DNA from: Sarea resinae
Taxonomy: Eukaryota
Assembly (NCBI GenBank): GCA_026026165.1
Contig: JAPEUD010000048.1
Span: 1-64,000 of the forward strand
Reading direction: 5' to 3'
DNA length: 64,000 nucleotides
In this document: positions 35,363 through 50,519 of the stretch, in pieces
Position numbering within the stretch: position 1 is the first letter of the stretch
Layout of the letters: the number at the start of each line of letters is the position of its first letter
Notes under the pieces: generated by a model
Seen by the model: the letters and a program-made list of their open reading frames with translations, nothing else
Told to the model about the DNA's origin: nothing
Database searches by the model: none
Program-made: the position numbers and the translations under genes

Positions 35363-38300
35363 CTATTGTGCCTCGACGGCCGTGCCGTCCGTGAAGCCAC
35401 TCTTTTCCGCGACGCGGAGCGCCAACGACTGCAAGCTGGGGGCCTGAAGAATCTCGAACACGGGAATCTCGACCTTCATGTCCTTCTGGAACCAATTGCG
35501 CAACTCGACGGCGATGAGACTGTCGATGCCAAAGGCGCTGGTTGGGCGTGTAGGGTCCAGCTCGGCCAGGTCGATCATCAAGTTGCGGCTCAGCTTGACG
35601 CGGATCGCATGGAGGATGATCTCGGTCGCGTCCGAGAGGTTCTCGGCCGCCTTGAGCAGGACTTGCGTCGACTGCGCGCCTTGGCTCTTGGCGGTGGTCG
35701 ACGATAGGACATCGAGCTTCGCCAGATGCGAGAAGATCGGACTGGTCATCCACGAGACATCGGCGCCGTCCTCGTCCGACGACGACCTGACGTTGATTCC
35801 CGCAATGAGTAGGCTCCGGAATTGCTCGAGTGATCCTTGCATGACGAGCTCCAAGCCGGTCAGAAGCTCCTCCTCCGTGACGCCCACGTACCCCTTGCGC
35901 TGCAGGTTCCGCAGTTTTATACCGCTCTCTTCCTCGGCCACGGCCCCAATGTCTCCCATCAAACCCAGATCAATCGCAGTGGCAGGCCGCCCAAGGGCTC
36001 GCAGGTGCTCGGCGAGGGCGTCCTGATATGAGTTACCAGCGCCATAGTTTGCCTGGCCCGGGTTGCCTAGCACTCCGACCGCTGACGACAAAAGGATGAA
36101 GAAGTCCAGAGGCTGATCCTTGCTGGCCTCGTGCAGATTCCAGCTTCCCTGGACCTTGGGCCGGACGGCCCGATTGAACGACTCCAGCGACATGTTCTCG
36201 AATATCTGATCGTCCAAGACCATGGCGCCTTGGATTATACCGCGCAACGGCGGCATGAATTGAAGGACTCGTTGCAATTGCGATTGCAGCGCATGTCCGT
36301 CGGTGACATCAACCGGAAGGACTTCGACACGGACTCCAGTCTGCTTGAGTTCCTCCACCAGCTGCTGGACCGCGGGTCGTTTGGCTCCGGATCGGGACGC
36401 AAGTATCAGATTTTTTGCCCCACGCGAAGCCATCCAGCGTGCTACGCTTCGGCCCAGGCCTCCAAAGCCGGCAAGCAGATAGGACCCATCTCCAGCTAAA
36501 GTCAACGGGCCAATGGCGCGGGGGTGTGCCTGTAAAGAAACAATACAGTCAGAAAGAGTCTGCCAACAAGTTCTACAATTACGGAGTTCATGCAGAAGGA
36601 AAATGAAATAAACTGGAACAAGAAGTTCTCGAAACTCACCGGGACAATATCATCCTCGTGCGGAACTATCACGACCTTCCCGACATGTTTGCCGGCCATC
36701 ATGAACCGGAATGCCTCTTCAATTTGAGAGTAAGTGAATGTCGTTACGCATGGAATTGGGCGCATCTTCTTTGCGTGAAGCATATCCATGGCTTCTTTCA
36801 GCAACTGCCCAGCGAGGCGGGGCGCGTCCCAGCGGATCATATTCAAGTCGATCGACGCAAAGGTGACATTGCGGATAAAGGGGGCCATGTCCAGGCGGCG
36901 ATTGTCAAGAATGTCCTTCTTCCCCATTTCCACGAATCGACCAAACGGGGCAATGCACTCCCAGGTCGCACTGAGCGCCTCACCGGCCAAACTGTTCAGC
37001 ACGACATCCACGCCGTGCCCGCCTGTCAACTCCTTAATCTGTCGCGCAAAATCGAGATCGCGGCTGGAGAAAATCCGATTTTCCGGAATATTGAATTCGC
37101 GGCGCACTAGGTCCCGTTTCTCGGGCGTACCGACCGTCACAAAGACATCGGCGCCGATCAATTGGGCAAGCATAATCGCTGCTTGACCCACGCCACCGGC
37201 TGCGGCGTGAATCAGGATCGATTCGCCGGGGAGGAGTCTGGCGACATGCTGCAGGCTGTATACCACGGTGGCAAACACAATAGGGAGAGATGCGGCAACG
37301 GCAAAGCTCATGTCGTCGGGGATGGGCTGCACGACCTGGGCGTCGGAGCGAACGTAGTTGGCATACGTGTTTTTACTCCATACTGTGACGCGTTGGCCGA
37401 CCTTCAGATGCTGCACCTCTGAGCCAATGCGTTTGACAACACCTGCGCAATCGAAACCCAGGTTGGGGTCGGCCATCTGGGCCGTACAGATCATGATATC
37501 TCGGAAGTTGACACCCGATGCTTTGACTTCGATTTCCGCCTCTCCGGGACCCAGCGGCTCCGCGACCAGCTCGTCATCCTCAAATACCAGGGTATCGAGA
37601 AGGCCAGGCGTCTTGATTTTCATCTTTAGAGGACGACCGGGCTGGTAAAATGGTTGCGGTTCGATCTTCTGTTCCTGTCCTGACACCCCATCGTGGATGT
37701 GGTCGTGGATGACGCGGTTGATGTCTGGATATCCGATACAGCGATTGATTTGCCAAGATCCTCCTTCAAACCAATACTCGTCCTCGTGCACTTCTGGATT
37801 CTGTAGGATAAATTGCAACAGACGCAGTAGTTGCTCAGATGCCTCGCCAGGGGCGTGACGATCAATGGCCGCAAAGTCAGCCGTAATGAGCGGAAAGCTT
37901 TCGTTCTCGGACCGTAAGGTTCGCGCCAGGCCATGGAAGAGGGCCGAGTCCGGGCGACGGGCCGTGCCGGACGCGCCCTCGGAGACCCACAGCAGGCCCT
38001 TGCTATTCCGGAGATGCTGTAGGGCGGCGAACTCGGACGGCTTCATGTCGCGTATGATAGCTCGATCGAGCTCGGCAATAGAGACACAGAAGGCGTCCGT
38101 CAATGAGGTCTCTGCGACACACGAGAGAGGGACCTTGCGAATGGGGACAGCCAGCTCGGCTAAGCGTTGTTCGATGGCCTGTGACAGCGCGTTCGACGAC
38201 GGGGAGGCATCCTCATCAGTAATCAGGACCAGAGATGGAGTCGCAGCGGGCACGGCCTGGTCGGGGGAGGACTCGACCGCCAAGCAGGAGAAGACCCGAC

Positions 38301-41300
38301 CCATTTCGTCCTGGGGATTCACATTATCAGGAGCCGCCAGAGAAAAGTCACCGAATCCGTTGCGCTGGAGGGCCTCTGCCCACAGTTCTTCGCTCATGGT
38401 TGGTCCCCATTTCCGGTAGCTCTCCTCCGACGTCCACCAGCCAGGCAAACAGCCGAAAAGGAGGAAGGCTTGGTCGAGGGGGTTCGTGATCTCGACGAGG
38501 ATCAGGCGCCCGCCAGGCTTGAGCAGTTTGCGGGTATTTGCAATCGTGCGATCCATGTTAGAGGTGGCGTGGAGGACAGAGGCCGCTACAACAAGGTCGT
38601 ATTGCTGTTCGGCGAATCCCTGGTCGACGGGATCCTCCTCGATGTTGAGTCGACGGAACTCCATCAAACTCTGCCAATCCTTGAACTTATTCCCTGCCTG
38701 CTCAAAGAATCCCGACGAGATATCGGTGAAGGTGTACGAGTTGAATTTAGGGTATCGACCATTGTTCCCTCCCAACGCCTCCAGAATACTCTCCGTGGCA
38801 CCACCTGTGCCGCCGCCAATCTCCAGGATGTCCATGTTGGGATTCTTGTTGGCGAGGAGCGACGTATAGTGGTACAACGTGGTTGTGGGAATTGTTTGTG
38901 AGTAATATTGGTACAGCAGCTCATCTTCCAACATGACCGCCAGCGGGTCGACCTCTCCTATCAGGATCTGATCCAGCTGTCGACCGACCCGACACAGAAT
39001 CTGCGAGTCTATTCCCGTCGGCTCGAGACGGGCGATCAGCTCTTCGATACGAGCACTGACGGCAGGATGGTCCAATTGTTCCCATTCCGGGGTCTGGTGC
39101 GCGATCTGGTGCGATCTGACCATGTCGCGCCGGTGCTGCATATACTGGTAGAATTGCTGGAAATGCGGCTTCATGGAAGGGACCTGCTCTTCGGAGATCC
39201 TTCGCAACGCCTGGTCGTAGTAATAGTAGGCGACTGTTTCCAAGTTGGATACACGCTGGGGATCAGCGGGTGGAACGAGAGAGTCACACATCATCTGGTC
39301 TCCCACAACCCGGGGAAGAATGGCAGGATCTGGTTGCCAGGTAGAATGAAACGCGAGCTTGTGGATGGCGTCTTTGGCCTCATCAGCATCATTCAAGGCC
39401 GCCTCCATCCGGCTGCAACCCATTCTCTGGAAAGTGGCCACCAATTCTCCAGTGGCCTCATCGGAGACCATGATCTCCGTCATGAGATCTCGGACTCCAT
39501 TCGGGACCGCTGATGTGGCACACTTGAAGCGGTGGCCCGGACCCTGGGCAATATCGGTAGAAATAAAAACGTCGTCGAAGGACACCGGCACGTACACGGC
39601 CGGGCACTTGTTTTTACCGTGCAAAAAGGCCGGGAAGATCATCTGGCCAAAAGCGTCCGCAGTGGCAGGATGAATAAGATGCGGATACTCATAGTTGAAC
39701 GGCATCAGACTCTTGGTGTCAGGCACCGTCACCGATCCCTGCGCGGCGCCCGGGAAAGACTTGAGTTCCCCGACCATGTTGCGGAAGGGCTCTTGGAAGG
39801 CCAGACCCACATCGGCCATCATTTTATACATCTTGTCGACCGTCTTGGAACCGGGAAATTTGTCTGTCGACAGGACCTTTTCGAGCTCGGGGAGGTAGTG
39901 AAAGTTGTTCTCACGTGGAATGACGCTGGATTCGTGGACGGGAGAGATCAAGCCGTGAGCATGTTCCGCCCAGCCATTTGCGTGAGAGTATGAAAAGACC
40001 CGCCACTCATACCACACGTTGGAAAAGGTCGCACTGCTTTCCTTGGAGTGGCGCATGGAGAAGAGCGTCTCCACCACCTCCTCCTCATGGGATGGGATCA
40101 CCAATGCCCGACTGATTTTGACATCCTTCAGCCGGTAGCCCACGAGTGTCCCGGAAGGGCCCGTATATTCGGGCATCTCGCGCAGATGCTGAAGCGCCTC
40201 GATCGCCATGCAGAGATAACCCATGCCGGGGTAGAGGTACGAGCCCTGAACCGCGTGGCCCTTGAGCCATGGCTGTTCCCGCAACCGGATCAGGTTTCGC
40301 CATCGGGGCTCCGTGGGATTCCAGTCACTGACTGGGTATCCCAGAAAGTCGCTGCGTCCATGTCGTCGGAAGCGATGCTCCAAGCTCAACCGTGACTCCA
40401 TCCAGTGCCGTTTGCGGTGATTCCAGGCGTAGCTTGGCAGATCAACAACTACCTGAGGCCGGACGAAGCTATTGGGTGTATTGACTTTGGTCAGATCAAC
40501 CGGATATCCGCTGGCGGAGAGAAACGCTACGGTTTCCAACGTCGTCTCACACGCATCGCGACCTCGGGAGAGGAGCGACCGGTAAACAATGTCGCTCTTC
40601 TGCAGACTGGGAACCTGGAGAATCTGTTTGATGGGTCCGCCGAGAGCGGCATGGGGTCCCACCTCCACCAAGACGTCGACAGCGGCGTTGTTGCCAGCCC
40701 GGCGACGGGCTCGCTTCCCGGCCGACGGGCGGGTGCAGAGATTCTGAAGGCCGTCATTGAAGCGAACACAGGCCACCATGTTCTTGCGCCAGTACTTGGG
40801 ACCCAGAATGTCGGAGGCCGTGACTAGCTCGCCGGTGACCGTGGATGTCATTTCCACAGTGTCCGACACAGGATTAACCTCCATGCCTGCGAGAGATTGT
40901 TCGTAGTCGGCTGCCACTGCTTCCATGTGGTGGGAATGATAAGCGGTACGGACTTTTAAGAAACGGGCAAACACGCCCTCCTTTTCAAGCGTATGAGCGA
41001 GAGCCTCTAGGGCGGGTCGATCGCCAGAGACCGTGACGTTGGACGGACTGTTGACGCAGGCGACCAGCGCCTGACCAACTTCCGGGTCCAGACTTGCAAT
41101 TCTCGCTCGAGCCTCCGTTTCCGAAAGACCCACGGCCATCATGGCTCCATTGGCGGCGATCAACTTTACAGAGCTGGAATGAACGCCCCGAAAGTACGCG
41201 GCCTTGAGGGCGGACTCGGCCGGCAAAATTCCTGCGGCATAGGCGGCCGCCATCTCACCGCTGGAGTGTCCGATTACCCGTTGAGGTCGAATGCCCCAGC

Positions 41301-43622
41301 TCGCCAAAAGATCGACCAAGGCGATCTGCAATGCCGTGCAGGCCGTTTGACTGATGAGGGACTCGTTGATGCGCGAATCCTCGTCGCTCTTGTTCAGTTC
41401 GTCTACAAAAGATCAATCGAGCGCGTGGTTAGCCCTTCTTACGCCTGACTCTGTCGGACCGTTGGTGGGAAGTACTTACCGATCAGGGACCAGTCGGCCC
41501 CCAGCTCCGTGAAGAATAGATCGCATTCTTCAATTCGCTGTTGGAAGAGGGGGTACGTTTTGATGAGCTCTCGTCCCATGGCGAACCATTGTGCACCCTG
41601 ACCGGTGAAAACGAAGCCAAGCCGTGGAGCGGTGGTAGGCGCCCTCACCGGCTTCTGGTGAGTCGTCAACATCTTCGCCACCAGGTCGCTCACAGAATTC
41701 GCGATCAGGAAAGATCTCCATGGGAGTTTTGACCGACGAGTGCACTGGGTGTACGCGAGATTGTCCAAAAAGGTCTCTTCGTCGGCGATCTTGCGCTGGG
41801 CTAAATGATCCGCAAACGCGGTATTATTCAAGGCCACAATGCTCTCTTCGTGCGTAGACCAGAGAAAGACTCGGTAGCGCAAGTTAGCTGCGGCAGTATG
41901 ACCATTGACACCGTTTGCGTGACCGTTCAGCTTTCCATTGGCACCGTTTGCGTGACCGTTCAGCGTTCCATTGGCCTTTAAACCGTTCCCATTGAGTTGG
42001 ACTGCTGGAGGAGTCTCATTGCTGTTGCTGACGGTCGCAGTCGCATCTAACAAGGGCTGTATGGATGTTCGGTGAGCCGCCCTCAGGCCACGGCTCGTGA
42101 GGTAGTGATAAGCATCATCGAGGATGACATGGGCGTTACTGCCTCCAAACCCGAAGGAGTTCACGCTGACCCGTCGCTGCCCGGCATGCGGCCAGGGGAG
42201 GGATTCAGTGGGGACCCGCAGGTTCCAGCCCTTGAGGTCAATGCGAGGATTGGGTTTCTCGAAATGGATGTTGGGGGGGATTACACCGTGCTCCAAGGCG
42301 AGCACGGCCTTGATGACGCCGGCCAACCCACTGGCACCTTCGGTATGGCCAATGTTGGTCTTCACGCTGCCAACATACAGAGGCACCTTGTCGCCCTTTT
42401 CATCCACCGGGCGGACCTGTCCAATGGTGGCTCCGATTGCGCCGGACCTGCCGGAAGGAAAAACTCAATTCTTGTACTAAAAAGAGTATATAGGGAAATG
42501 TATCGTCAAAGAAACTTACTCAAGTGGGTCTCCAGCTTGAGTTCCAGTACCGTGAGCCTCGAAGTAACCCGTTCCTGAAAAGTCAAACCCGGCGTCTCTG
42601 TAGGCGGTCCGAATCAACTCCTCCTGGGCCTTCGGGGACGGCAGCGTGATTCCCGATGTTTTACCGTCCTGATTTGAAGCGCTGCCTCGGATGACGGCCC
42701 GAATCGTGTCATTATCACGAATGGCGTCTTCGAGGGGCTTAAGGATCAGGGCGGTGATACCCTCGCCACGAGCGTACCCGTCGGCACGCGAGTCATAGGT
42801 ATGACAGGTAGAGGTTGGACTGAGGAAATGGAGTTTGGACATGGTCACCATGACATCGGGGTTGAGAATCAGGTTGGTGGCGCCGACGACGGACTGCTTG
42901 CTTTCGCCCGTGCGCAGACTCTGGCACGCCAGATGCAGGGCGACTAAGCTACTGCTACAGGCAGTGTCTAGGGTTAAACTGGGGCCTTTGAGGTCGTAGA
43001 AGTAACTGAGGCGATTAGACAAGATAGATGATGCGTTCCCGGTCGAGGAATGCAGTGGCGCCGTCTCCACGTCGCGAGAGCCCATGTCGTAGTAATCGCG
43101 GGAGAAATTCCCCACGTAGCAACTGGTTAGGGAGCCGGCCACATCCTCGATGGTCATGCCGCCATTTTCCAGGGCTTCATAGGTACATTCCAGCAGCAGA
43201 CGCTGCTGAGGGTCCATGCTTTTGGCCTCGGTGGGTGAGACCGAAAAGAAGGCTGCGTCAAAGGATCCAAGATCCTGTTTCAGAAAATGGCCTCCTCGGT
43301 TGTTCATCTATCGTGTCACGGAAAAGGTCAGCTAATGGCTCCCATCAACGATGGAAAGGAGAGGCCTGGTCCATACATTCCCGGCTCTTTCGGCATCAGG
43401 ATGATAAAAGGCGTCGATGTTCATCCGCTCTTTGGGGATTTCACTCCACGCGGCCTGCCGATCAGCACACAGCTTCCACAGCTTGTCGGGGTTGGTAGCG
43501 TCCCCAGGAAAACGACATGACATGCCCACGATGGCAATGGGCATGGACTCGTCCTGCTGCAAGATGCCCCGGACCAGAGGCTCCGGCTGCGAGCCGCCCG
43601 CCGTAGAAGTGAGAAAAGGCAT
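35363..43622 (-). CDS. Highly reducing iterative type I polyketide synthase (KS-AT-DH-cMT-ER-KR-ACP), ~5 exons
   Basis: [70 protein letters not shown]. c[55 protein letters not shown]. Confidence 0.96.
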
Positions 43623-44668
43623 TATCGTAGTGTAGAGGGTGCAGTCCCTGTCGTGGTTGGTAGGGCAGTAAAGAAAGAATAGGTCGCAACAGGCAAGGCT
43701 TCTAGTTGATCATATAAGAAAAAGCTTCATCTATCCATTGGCAATGCACTCGAATAATAGCACAAGAAAAAGAGCCGTTCCTGCCAGTTTATGTTCTCGA
43801 TCATTGGTAGAGTGCATCGTGAGCAACAGGTAGTTCCCAGCCGCCCCGTCTTCAAGATAGCGTGTGTAAGGGCCTGGCGTATGCCTCCGGTGGGATTCAA
43901 AGACCCCAGACTGCGCCTTCCACTCCGCAACGAAAACCTCCGACTGGTGATGGCGCATTGGTGCACGATGTTGTAGGGCTGATGGAGGGTTGATGGAGGG
44001 TTGATGGAGGTTTAATTAGCTTAGCGCCGGAAGGTTTCGAGATGATTGATGTTGTTCTTTATCTGAATTCTTACTCCGTCCGTAAGAAAGACACACTACC
44101 TTACACTACTACCGTAGCTGTAATACTGATACACGCGGTAGCGACAACACCACAACACCACCACCCTTGGAATTCCATCGCAATCGAGACTGTCGTAGAG
44201 CATCAAATCCGTCTATCCGCCGTCAATAGCGCAGCCATCAATGGGCAGCCAAGCATATTCTGCAATCTCGGCATATAGCAGGGGCAATCTACCCACCGAG
44301 ATGTGGTTTGGAGTCTTTCTGCCTCGCTTGGTCATACTGCCTTCTGCATGCTCATTCTCACGATCTGCAAGGTGAAAGGCGTATCGCTCCGTACGAAGAG
44401 GAGGCACTGTTTGGGCGCATCTCACCCTCTTTGCTTATGTAAATTGACTTCTGTATTACACAGACTCGCTTTGGCCGATCGGCTGCTATAATAATTGACA
44501 GGCCTGATTGCCCCTCTGCCGCTCTGTCTTCTTCTTTTTGGGCTTCTTTATCTCTTTCTTGCGGGGCGATAATCTTTTGATACTTGACATTTGACGCCAA
44601 TTGTCCACGAGAATCAATTAACCCAACATTGGCACCCATTCCGTCTAAGCTTCCCCGCTTCTGTCAAG

Positions 44669-45630
44669 ATGAGATTCCTTTGCCTCCATGGCGCTGGTAC
44701 TAATTCTCATGTACGTGGCTGTCGTTGAACTCATTTGCTGCTTTCTCAGCAACGTGCTTACCGTCGTCGGAAATACTTGCTAGGTCCTCCAAATACAGAC
44801 AGGTTAGAGATAAGTCCGAAGTCTGAAGTCGAGTCTCGCTCATTAATCTTGGGGGAATACAACCAGATCCGATCCGCAAAGCCTTCGATGCCAGCGAAAC
44901 ATTCGATTTTTATGAAGGATTCTGCGAGGTGAACCCGGTTGCAGGTACGAGAGTGATCTGTCCTGTGATAGTGGTCCTTTCAGCACTCTAACCGCCATCT
45001 CCAGAGATCAAGGACATCTTCGCGGGACCCTTTTACACTTGGTATTCACCGGGACTGGGGGGACATACTCTAGCTGAGGCAAAAGCAGAGCTGCTGGATC
45101 TGATCGAAGCTGAAGGACCGTTCGATGCCTGCCTGGGTTTTTCGCAAGGAGGCGCCCTGTTGGCGGCGATGATCATAGACCACCAGAAGAAGAACCCTTT
45201 TGGTCCTAACCTCTTCCAATTGGCCATCTTCATATGTGCCGGCTCTCCGCTTCTGGTCACCAAATCTCGCCAGGAGCCTGAGGATATCGGTGATCCCCCG
45301 TCCGTGGCAAGCATGGCGCCATTGACCACGCCTTGGCTCGGCCCGTACGTTTCGGGCCATGAACCCCATCCGGACGAATCATGGAACGTCTTCGTCGCAG
45401 ATAAAGTCCGCGAGGCGGGCTTAACCATTGCTATCCCGACGGCACATATCTATGGTGCCAAAGACGACACGCTGAGCGAGAGTCTGAACTTGCGAGACAT
45501 GTGCGAGCCGAGGAGAAGGGTCGAGCTCGACCACGGTTGTGGGCATGAAGTTCCACGGGCTCCCCATCTCGTGCAGAAGATGACCGCCGCCATCCAGAAG
45601 GCTATTCATAATGCTGTAGTGGCTCATTAG
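44669..45630 (+). CDS. FSH1-family serine hydrolase (LovG-type trans-acting thioesterase candidate), multi-exon
   Basis: MRFLCLHGAGTNS; EGPFDACLGFSQGGAL; IPTAHIYGAKD; HGCGHEVP; divergently transcribed from the PKS. Confidence 0.9.
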
Positions 45631-46300
45631 GATACATATATCTATATACATCAAGGAAGATCAAATGTGAAAAGAGCGACTTCTATGACTGTGACATGCT
45701 AGTAGATCTCTTGTCTTAAGTAGTGAAATGAGAAGCGACAAATTTAGTTACCTATGCACTAATAGATGAACATGCTGAGGTCTCAAATTGCTATCATCCA
45801 GTTCGAGCATTTTTTGGTTGAAGGCAGCAGCCCCCGATATACCGCACAGGTCTTGACTACATCGGCAAATTTCTGTCTTCCGTCCGATTATCATTTTTGG
45901 TAATATACAAACAGTCATATGGGGGGGATAAATACGATGCAAAATTCCTCATAGCTAGACGCCTATACTAATTTTCAACAATCAAGAACCCAAATTTCAA
46001 TTGAGAGATTTCGACCTCAACAGGACAGATGGTTGCCATACACAACAAAGAAAAAGACAAGAAAAAAACAGAAGTGAGTTGAGATGGAAGAGTTTGTGCC
46101 ATGCGAAGGGAGCACATGTATGTTCCGCACAGCAGCCCATAGATATATCAAAATATTTGATGAATTCCATATTCTTGCCTGCACACGAGAGAAAACGAGA
46201 GCTTCATGGAATACGCTGCTAAGCCTCCTTTTTCATCCTTCGCTTGAATACTGTAACAGGATTGATCACGAAGGCATTACCATCGGTTCTCGCTGTTGTT

Positions 46301-47864
46301 CTATAGAGACTTTTTGGCAGCCTCGCTGTAGCTCACTGTTTTTCCTGTCAATAGCCCTCCTTTGTGTGCAGAGACAGGGAGTGAAAATAACGTACCAGGA
46401 AAAGGTAGCGTCAATTTAGTCGGATGCGAGATAATCATATCTGCGACGCACAGTGCTAGATTCCGTAGTCGAGCCAGCCAAGGCGAATTGCCGGCAAACA
46501 CGACTTTATGAATGAACATGCTGCTTTTCGCGGCGGCGAAGCCATCTGCCAACATTGATCTTTCGTATCCGGCAAGTCGATCCGTCAGCGACCTGTCCTC
46601 CGATTTCAGGGCCTCTGCGAGAGACATGGCATCTTCAATGGCGCTAGTGGCGCCCTTTCCGAGATATGGAGTCATACTGTGAGAGTTTCAGGTTTGAGTT
46701 CATTTTGTTTGTTGGTGAGTCCTTTCTCCAGATCGTAACACTAGTGACATGGGAGATTTATTGGGCTCTACGTGGTACATACCTATGAGCAGCATCTCCC
46801 AGAATCGTCACCCTTCCAGTCTCCCATGGTTCGATCGGGTCTTGCGTCTTGAGGTACGAGACGAACACCGACTTGGGCACCGTGATGGCAATCAGAGATT
46901 GGAGGATAGGATGCCAATGCCGCGCTCGGGCAAGACATTCGTCCTTCAATTCCTCCGGTGTCATCTCGTCCGGGCGCTTGGATTTGTTGTGAAATTCGTC
47001 TGAGTAGCATCCAAGGCCGATCATGAGGAAAGAGTCATCTGGATCGATGTTCTCCAGGTCATAGGGGCCGTATGGTTTCTCTTGGTTTTTCCAGTAGGAC
47101 ACGACCATGGACTGTCTCGGGGTCAAGGCCTACAGATACCTGGAATTAGTCAACCCCACTTCTATTACTTTTGTATCCCTTCATGTTGGCTCGTTCGTTC
47201 ACCGGATGGGCCTTACCGTTGCCCCAGACGCATATGGGATCATGGCCTCAGTCTCTGGCGTAAAGGGCGCCTTGAAGTAGATGATGGTCACCCCGCTGTC
47301 GCTTCTCTTGCTGTTTGGGAGCAGTTGATTCCGAACCCGAGACCCGGCGCCGTCTGCCCCAACAAGCACATCGCACTCGATCGACTCGCCATCCTTGAAG
47401 AAGGCCGTCACGCTATTCTTGCCTTCCTCGTAGCCGTGGAACTGTTTGTTGAACTTGACAAACTCACCGGAACCGTGCAGGAGGGCCTTGCGCAGCCTCC
47501 ACCGGGAGATGAAGCTCATCGAACGTAATTGATCCACATCAGCCCGATACTTGACCCTGCAGTTCTGGTCCATCAAGCACACTCGATTGCCTTGAGGTGG
47601 CGAGATCCCAATAGCCTGGGCCAGCAGCCTGTCCACTTCCGCGTCAACTTGCTCCCGGAGCGAATCCACCGTCGCTGGGGGCACTAGGATACGGAATCCC
47701 ACAAGAGAATTCCCGCCCCCCTCTGGAGTTCCGCGCTCATACACGGTAACGTCGAACCTCTTGTCCTTGCGCAGCAGCTGGGCGAGCACCAGTCCACCAG
47801 GGCCAGCCCCGATGATGGCAACTCGTAGTGGTGTTCGAGTGCGGAATTCTTCTGCGGCCGACAT
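46301..47864 (-). CDS. FAD-dependent monooxygenase (class A flavoprotein hydroxylase), multi-exon; 3' end approximate
   Basis: VAIIGAGPGGL, DVLVGADGAGSRVR, VTILGDAAH/MTPYLGKGATSAIEDA. Confidence 0.9.
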
Positions 47865-48416
47865 GATTGGGGCGGTTGGCGCTTTCGCTTTCGCTTTCAC
47901 ATTCACATTCACACTCACTTCGTCGTATAAGCATGCGCAATGCTCCCAAACGTCCTCTTTGTCCTCTTCCTATACTACTACTATCACTACGACCACTACT
48001 ACAGCTTTATCCCTTTTGGAGCACGGTAAGCGGCGGGAAGCGGCGACTTGATATGATCACCCCATCCACACATCTATCTCACTCGGCGAGAAGCCAAAGG
48101 AAGCGGACATACTTGCTCGGCGAGTATCTGTGCCAGACATTGCCTGCAAGAAAAGCCCCGACGAGGGTGTCAGACTGTCAGCTCTCGGTCCGCGTTGCCC
48201 AGGCTGATCGCGGCTGTTCCTTGTTTGATCTTCGGTAGTTGTTCTTTGTTCGGTCGGTAGGGCTGTCCTGTCCCGCTTGGAGAGATTTGTGCCACGTTCG
48301 GGTTTCCAATACCGATGATTATCATTTCTCTGCTTTCTTTCGGATCAGGTGGCCTGGATCGAGTATATTGTCTTCGTGTTCTTCCTTGATGATTGACTGC
48401 CAGCGGCCAAACGACA

Positions 48417-50519
48417 ATGTCTTCACCCGAGGACGGGGTGCCCGCGGTGCCTGCGCCCCAGCGAGCGGCTCACATCGACAGCTCCCAGATTGGGACTTTG
48501 CGAATGGCCTTCATCCTCATCGGGTAGGGTGTACTCGCTTCCTCATGCCTTTTGCTTTTGCTCCATGGCAGCTGAACAGTAGTAATACTTGTCGGACAGA
48601 CTCTGGATCTGTCTTTTCCTCTCCGCCTTGGAGACCACTATTGTCTCGACCGCCCTTCGCCATATTTCGAATGATTTGAACGGCTTGACGCAGTCGACTT
48701 GGGTTGTCGTTGCCTACCTACTCACATACAATGGTGAGGAGTTCCGTCAATCTCGTCGTCTAAGAAGAAAGAGGGCTACGCCATAAGATGTTTCTACGAC
48801 TAGCCAGCTGACTGTCTATCCTTATATCTGTATCAGGATTCCTCCTCCTCTTTTCCAAGCTCACCGACATTTTCGGACAGAAAAGCTTGCTCGTTCTCGC
48901 CGAATCGATCTTCCTGGTCTTCTCGATGGCTTGTGGGGCAGCGCAGACCATGACACAGCTGTATGGAAACACAAACCACTGCCCTACGTATACGTTCTAA
49001 CCAACAACACTGACTGATTTTCTTTTCGAATAGAATCGTTTTCCGCGCTCTGCAGGGGATTGGCGGCTCCGGCATTTACTCGATCGTATTCGTCATCATC
49101 GGCAAGATCGCGACCGTGGAAAAGATTTCTCTCTACATGGGGATCATGACTTCGGTTTTTTCTCTAGCCAATCTCCTCGGGCCGATCCTGGGAGGGGTGA
49201 TTGTCGATAATGCCACTTGGCGATGGGTGTTCTTGCTCAAGTAAGGGATCTCTATCTTACCAGCTAGATATAGACGGGAAAGATCAACAAGCTAATATAA
49301 AAGCACAGCGGGCCTGGAATCGTCCTGTCTCTCCTCTTCATCATTCCCGCCGTTCCAAACCTGGGCGGGAAACTCATCGAAAAGGACAAGCTGCGCAGAG
49401 TGGACGCGGTTGGGGGACTCCTTTCCCTGGCCTGGCCGACCATGCTGGTGTTTGCCCTCGAGGAAGGGGGAAGCGCATACCCATGGAAGAGTAGCCAGAT
49501 CATTGGCACCCTCGTTGGCAGCGCCGTCGGACTGATTGTTTTTGGCTTCTACGAAGTATGGGTGCAACGCAAGGGCAAGCAGGAGCCGATCTTTCCCGTT
49601 CGACTCTTGAAGGACCCGACGCTGCCACTCTACATATTGTGAGTTTGTATCTTTTCTTTTCCCTTATTCGGGCAGGCTCTCTTGGTGCAGGTTGCTTACA
49701 TTTACTCGAATCTGCCAGAATAATGTTTACCATGGGAGGCTGCTTCTACGCGGCAATCATTCTCCTCCCTCAACGCTTCCAAGCCGTCGACGGGATCTCG
49801 GCCACAAAGGCAGGTATCACATTACTCCCGTTCACGATTGTAGCACCAGTGCTCTCGGTGGTCTGCGGCTTGCTACTTTCCAAGGCGCCCAAGAGCACGA
49901 CGCTTGTCCTCCTTTGCTCGTCAGCTGTCACCGTGGTCGCGATAGCCTTGCTCGGCACCCTATCAAATTCTACCTTCTCTATCGAGCCCAAAGTCTATGG
50001 GTTCGAAGTTATTCTCGCTCTCGGACTTGGGTTCATGATGCCGCCGATCTTTTTCTTCATAAAAGTCGAATACGACGACGCTGATCTCGGTATGTACTAT
50101 GTAGCAGCAGTCCTCTCATCCTGACCCCATTGCGCTTATCTAACGATGAGAACACCCACCCAGCCGCCATCATGGGAGCAAACAACACGGCCCGAACGCT
50201 AGGCGGATGCGTCGCCCTTGCCGTCTGCTCGGCCATCCTCCACAGCGAGCTCTCCTCGTACCTACAAGCCTTTCTCTCTCCGAGCCAAGCCGCCGCCGTG
50301 CTCAGCTCGACGGCCACCATCAGCGGCCTATCGGCATCTGACACCGTCAAGATCCAACAGGCCTACGGGAGAAGTTACAACACGCAGTTTCGCGCCCTGA
50401 TTGCGTTTGCGGGCGCTAACATCGTCGGTGCGGTCGTATTGTGGGTGGTGCGACGGCGGCGGCATGTGCAGCAGGTGGTCCGGGATCCGCAGATCCTCGG
50501 CGCCTCGTTTGAGATGTAG
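48417..50519 (+). CDS. MFS drug:H+ antiporter (DHA2-type efflux pump), multi-exon
   Basis: LFLSALETTIVSTAL, WVVVAYLLTY, FRALQGIGGSG, LGPILGG, WRWVFL, LPQRFQAVDG, ARTLGG; ATG at 48417 inferred from splicing. Confidence 0.88.

Noticed and set aside
41895..41995. NGHANG-type repeats in the PKS
   Set aside because: Low-complexity KS-AT linker commonly seen in fungal PKSs.
48298..48314. TCGG-N10-CCGA as the Zn2Cys6 binding site in the FMO/MFS promoter
   Set aside because: I could not find the same spacing in the other cluster promoters by eye; a single occurrence is not evidence.
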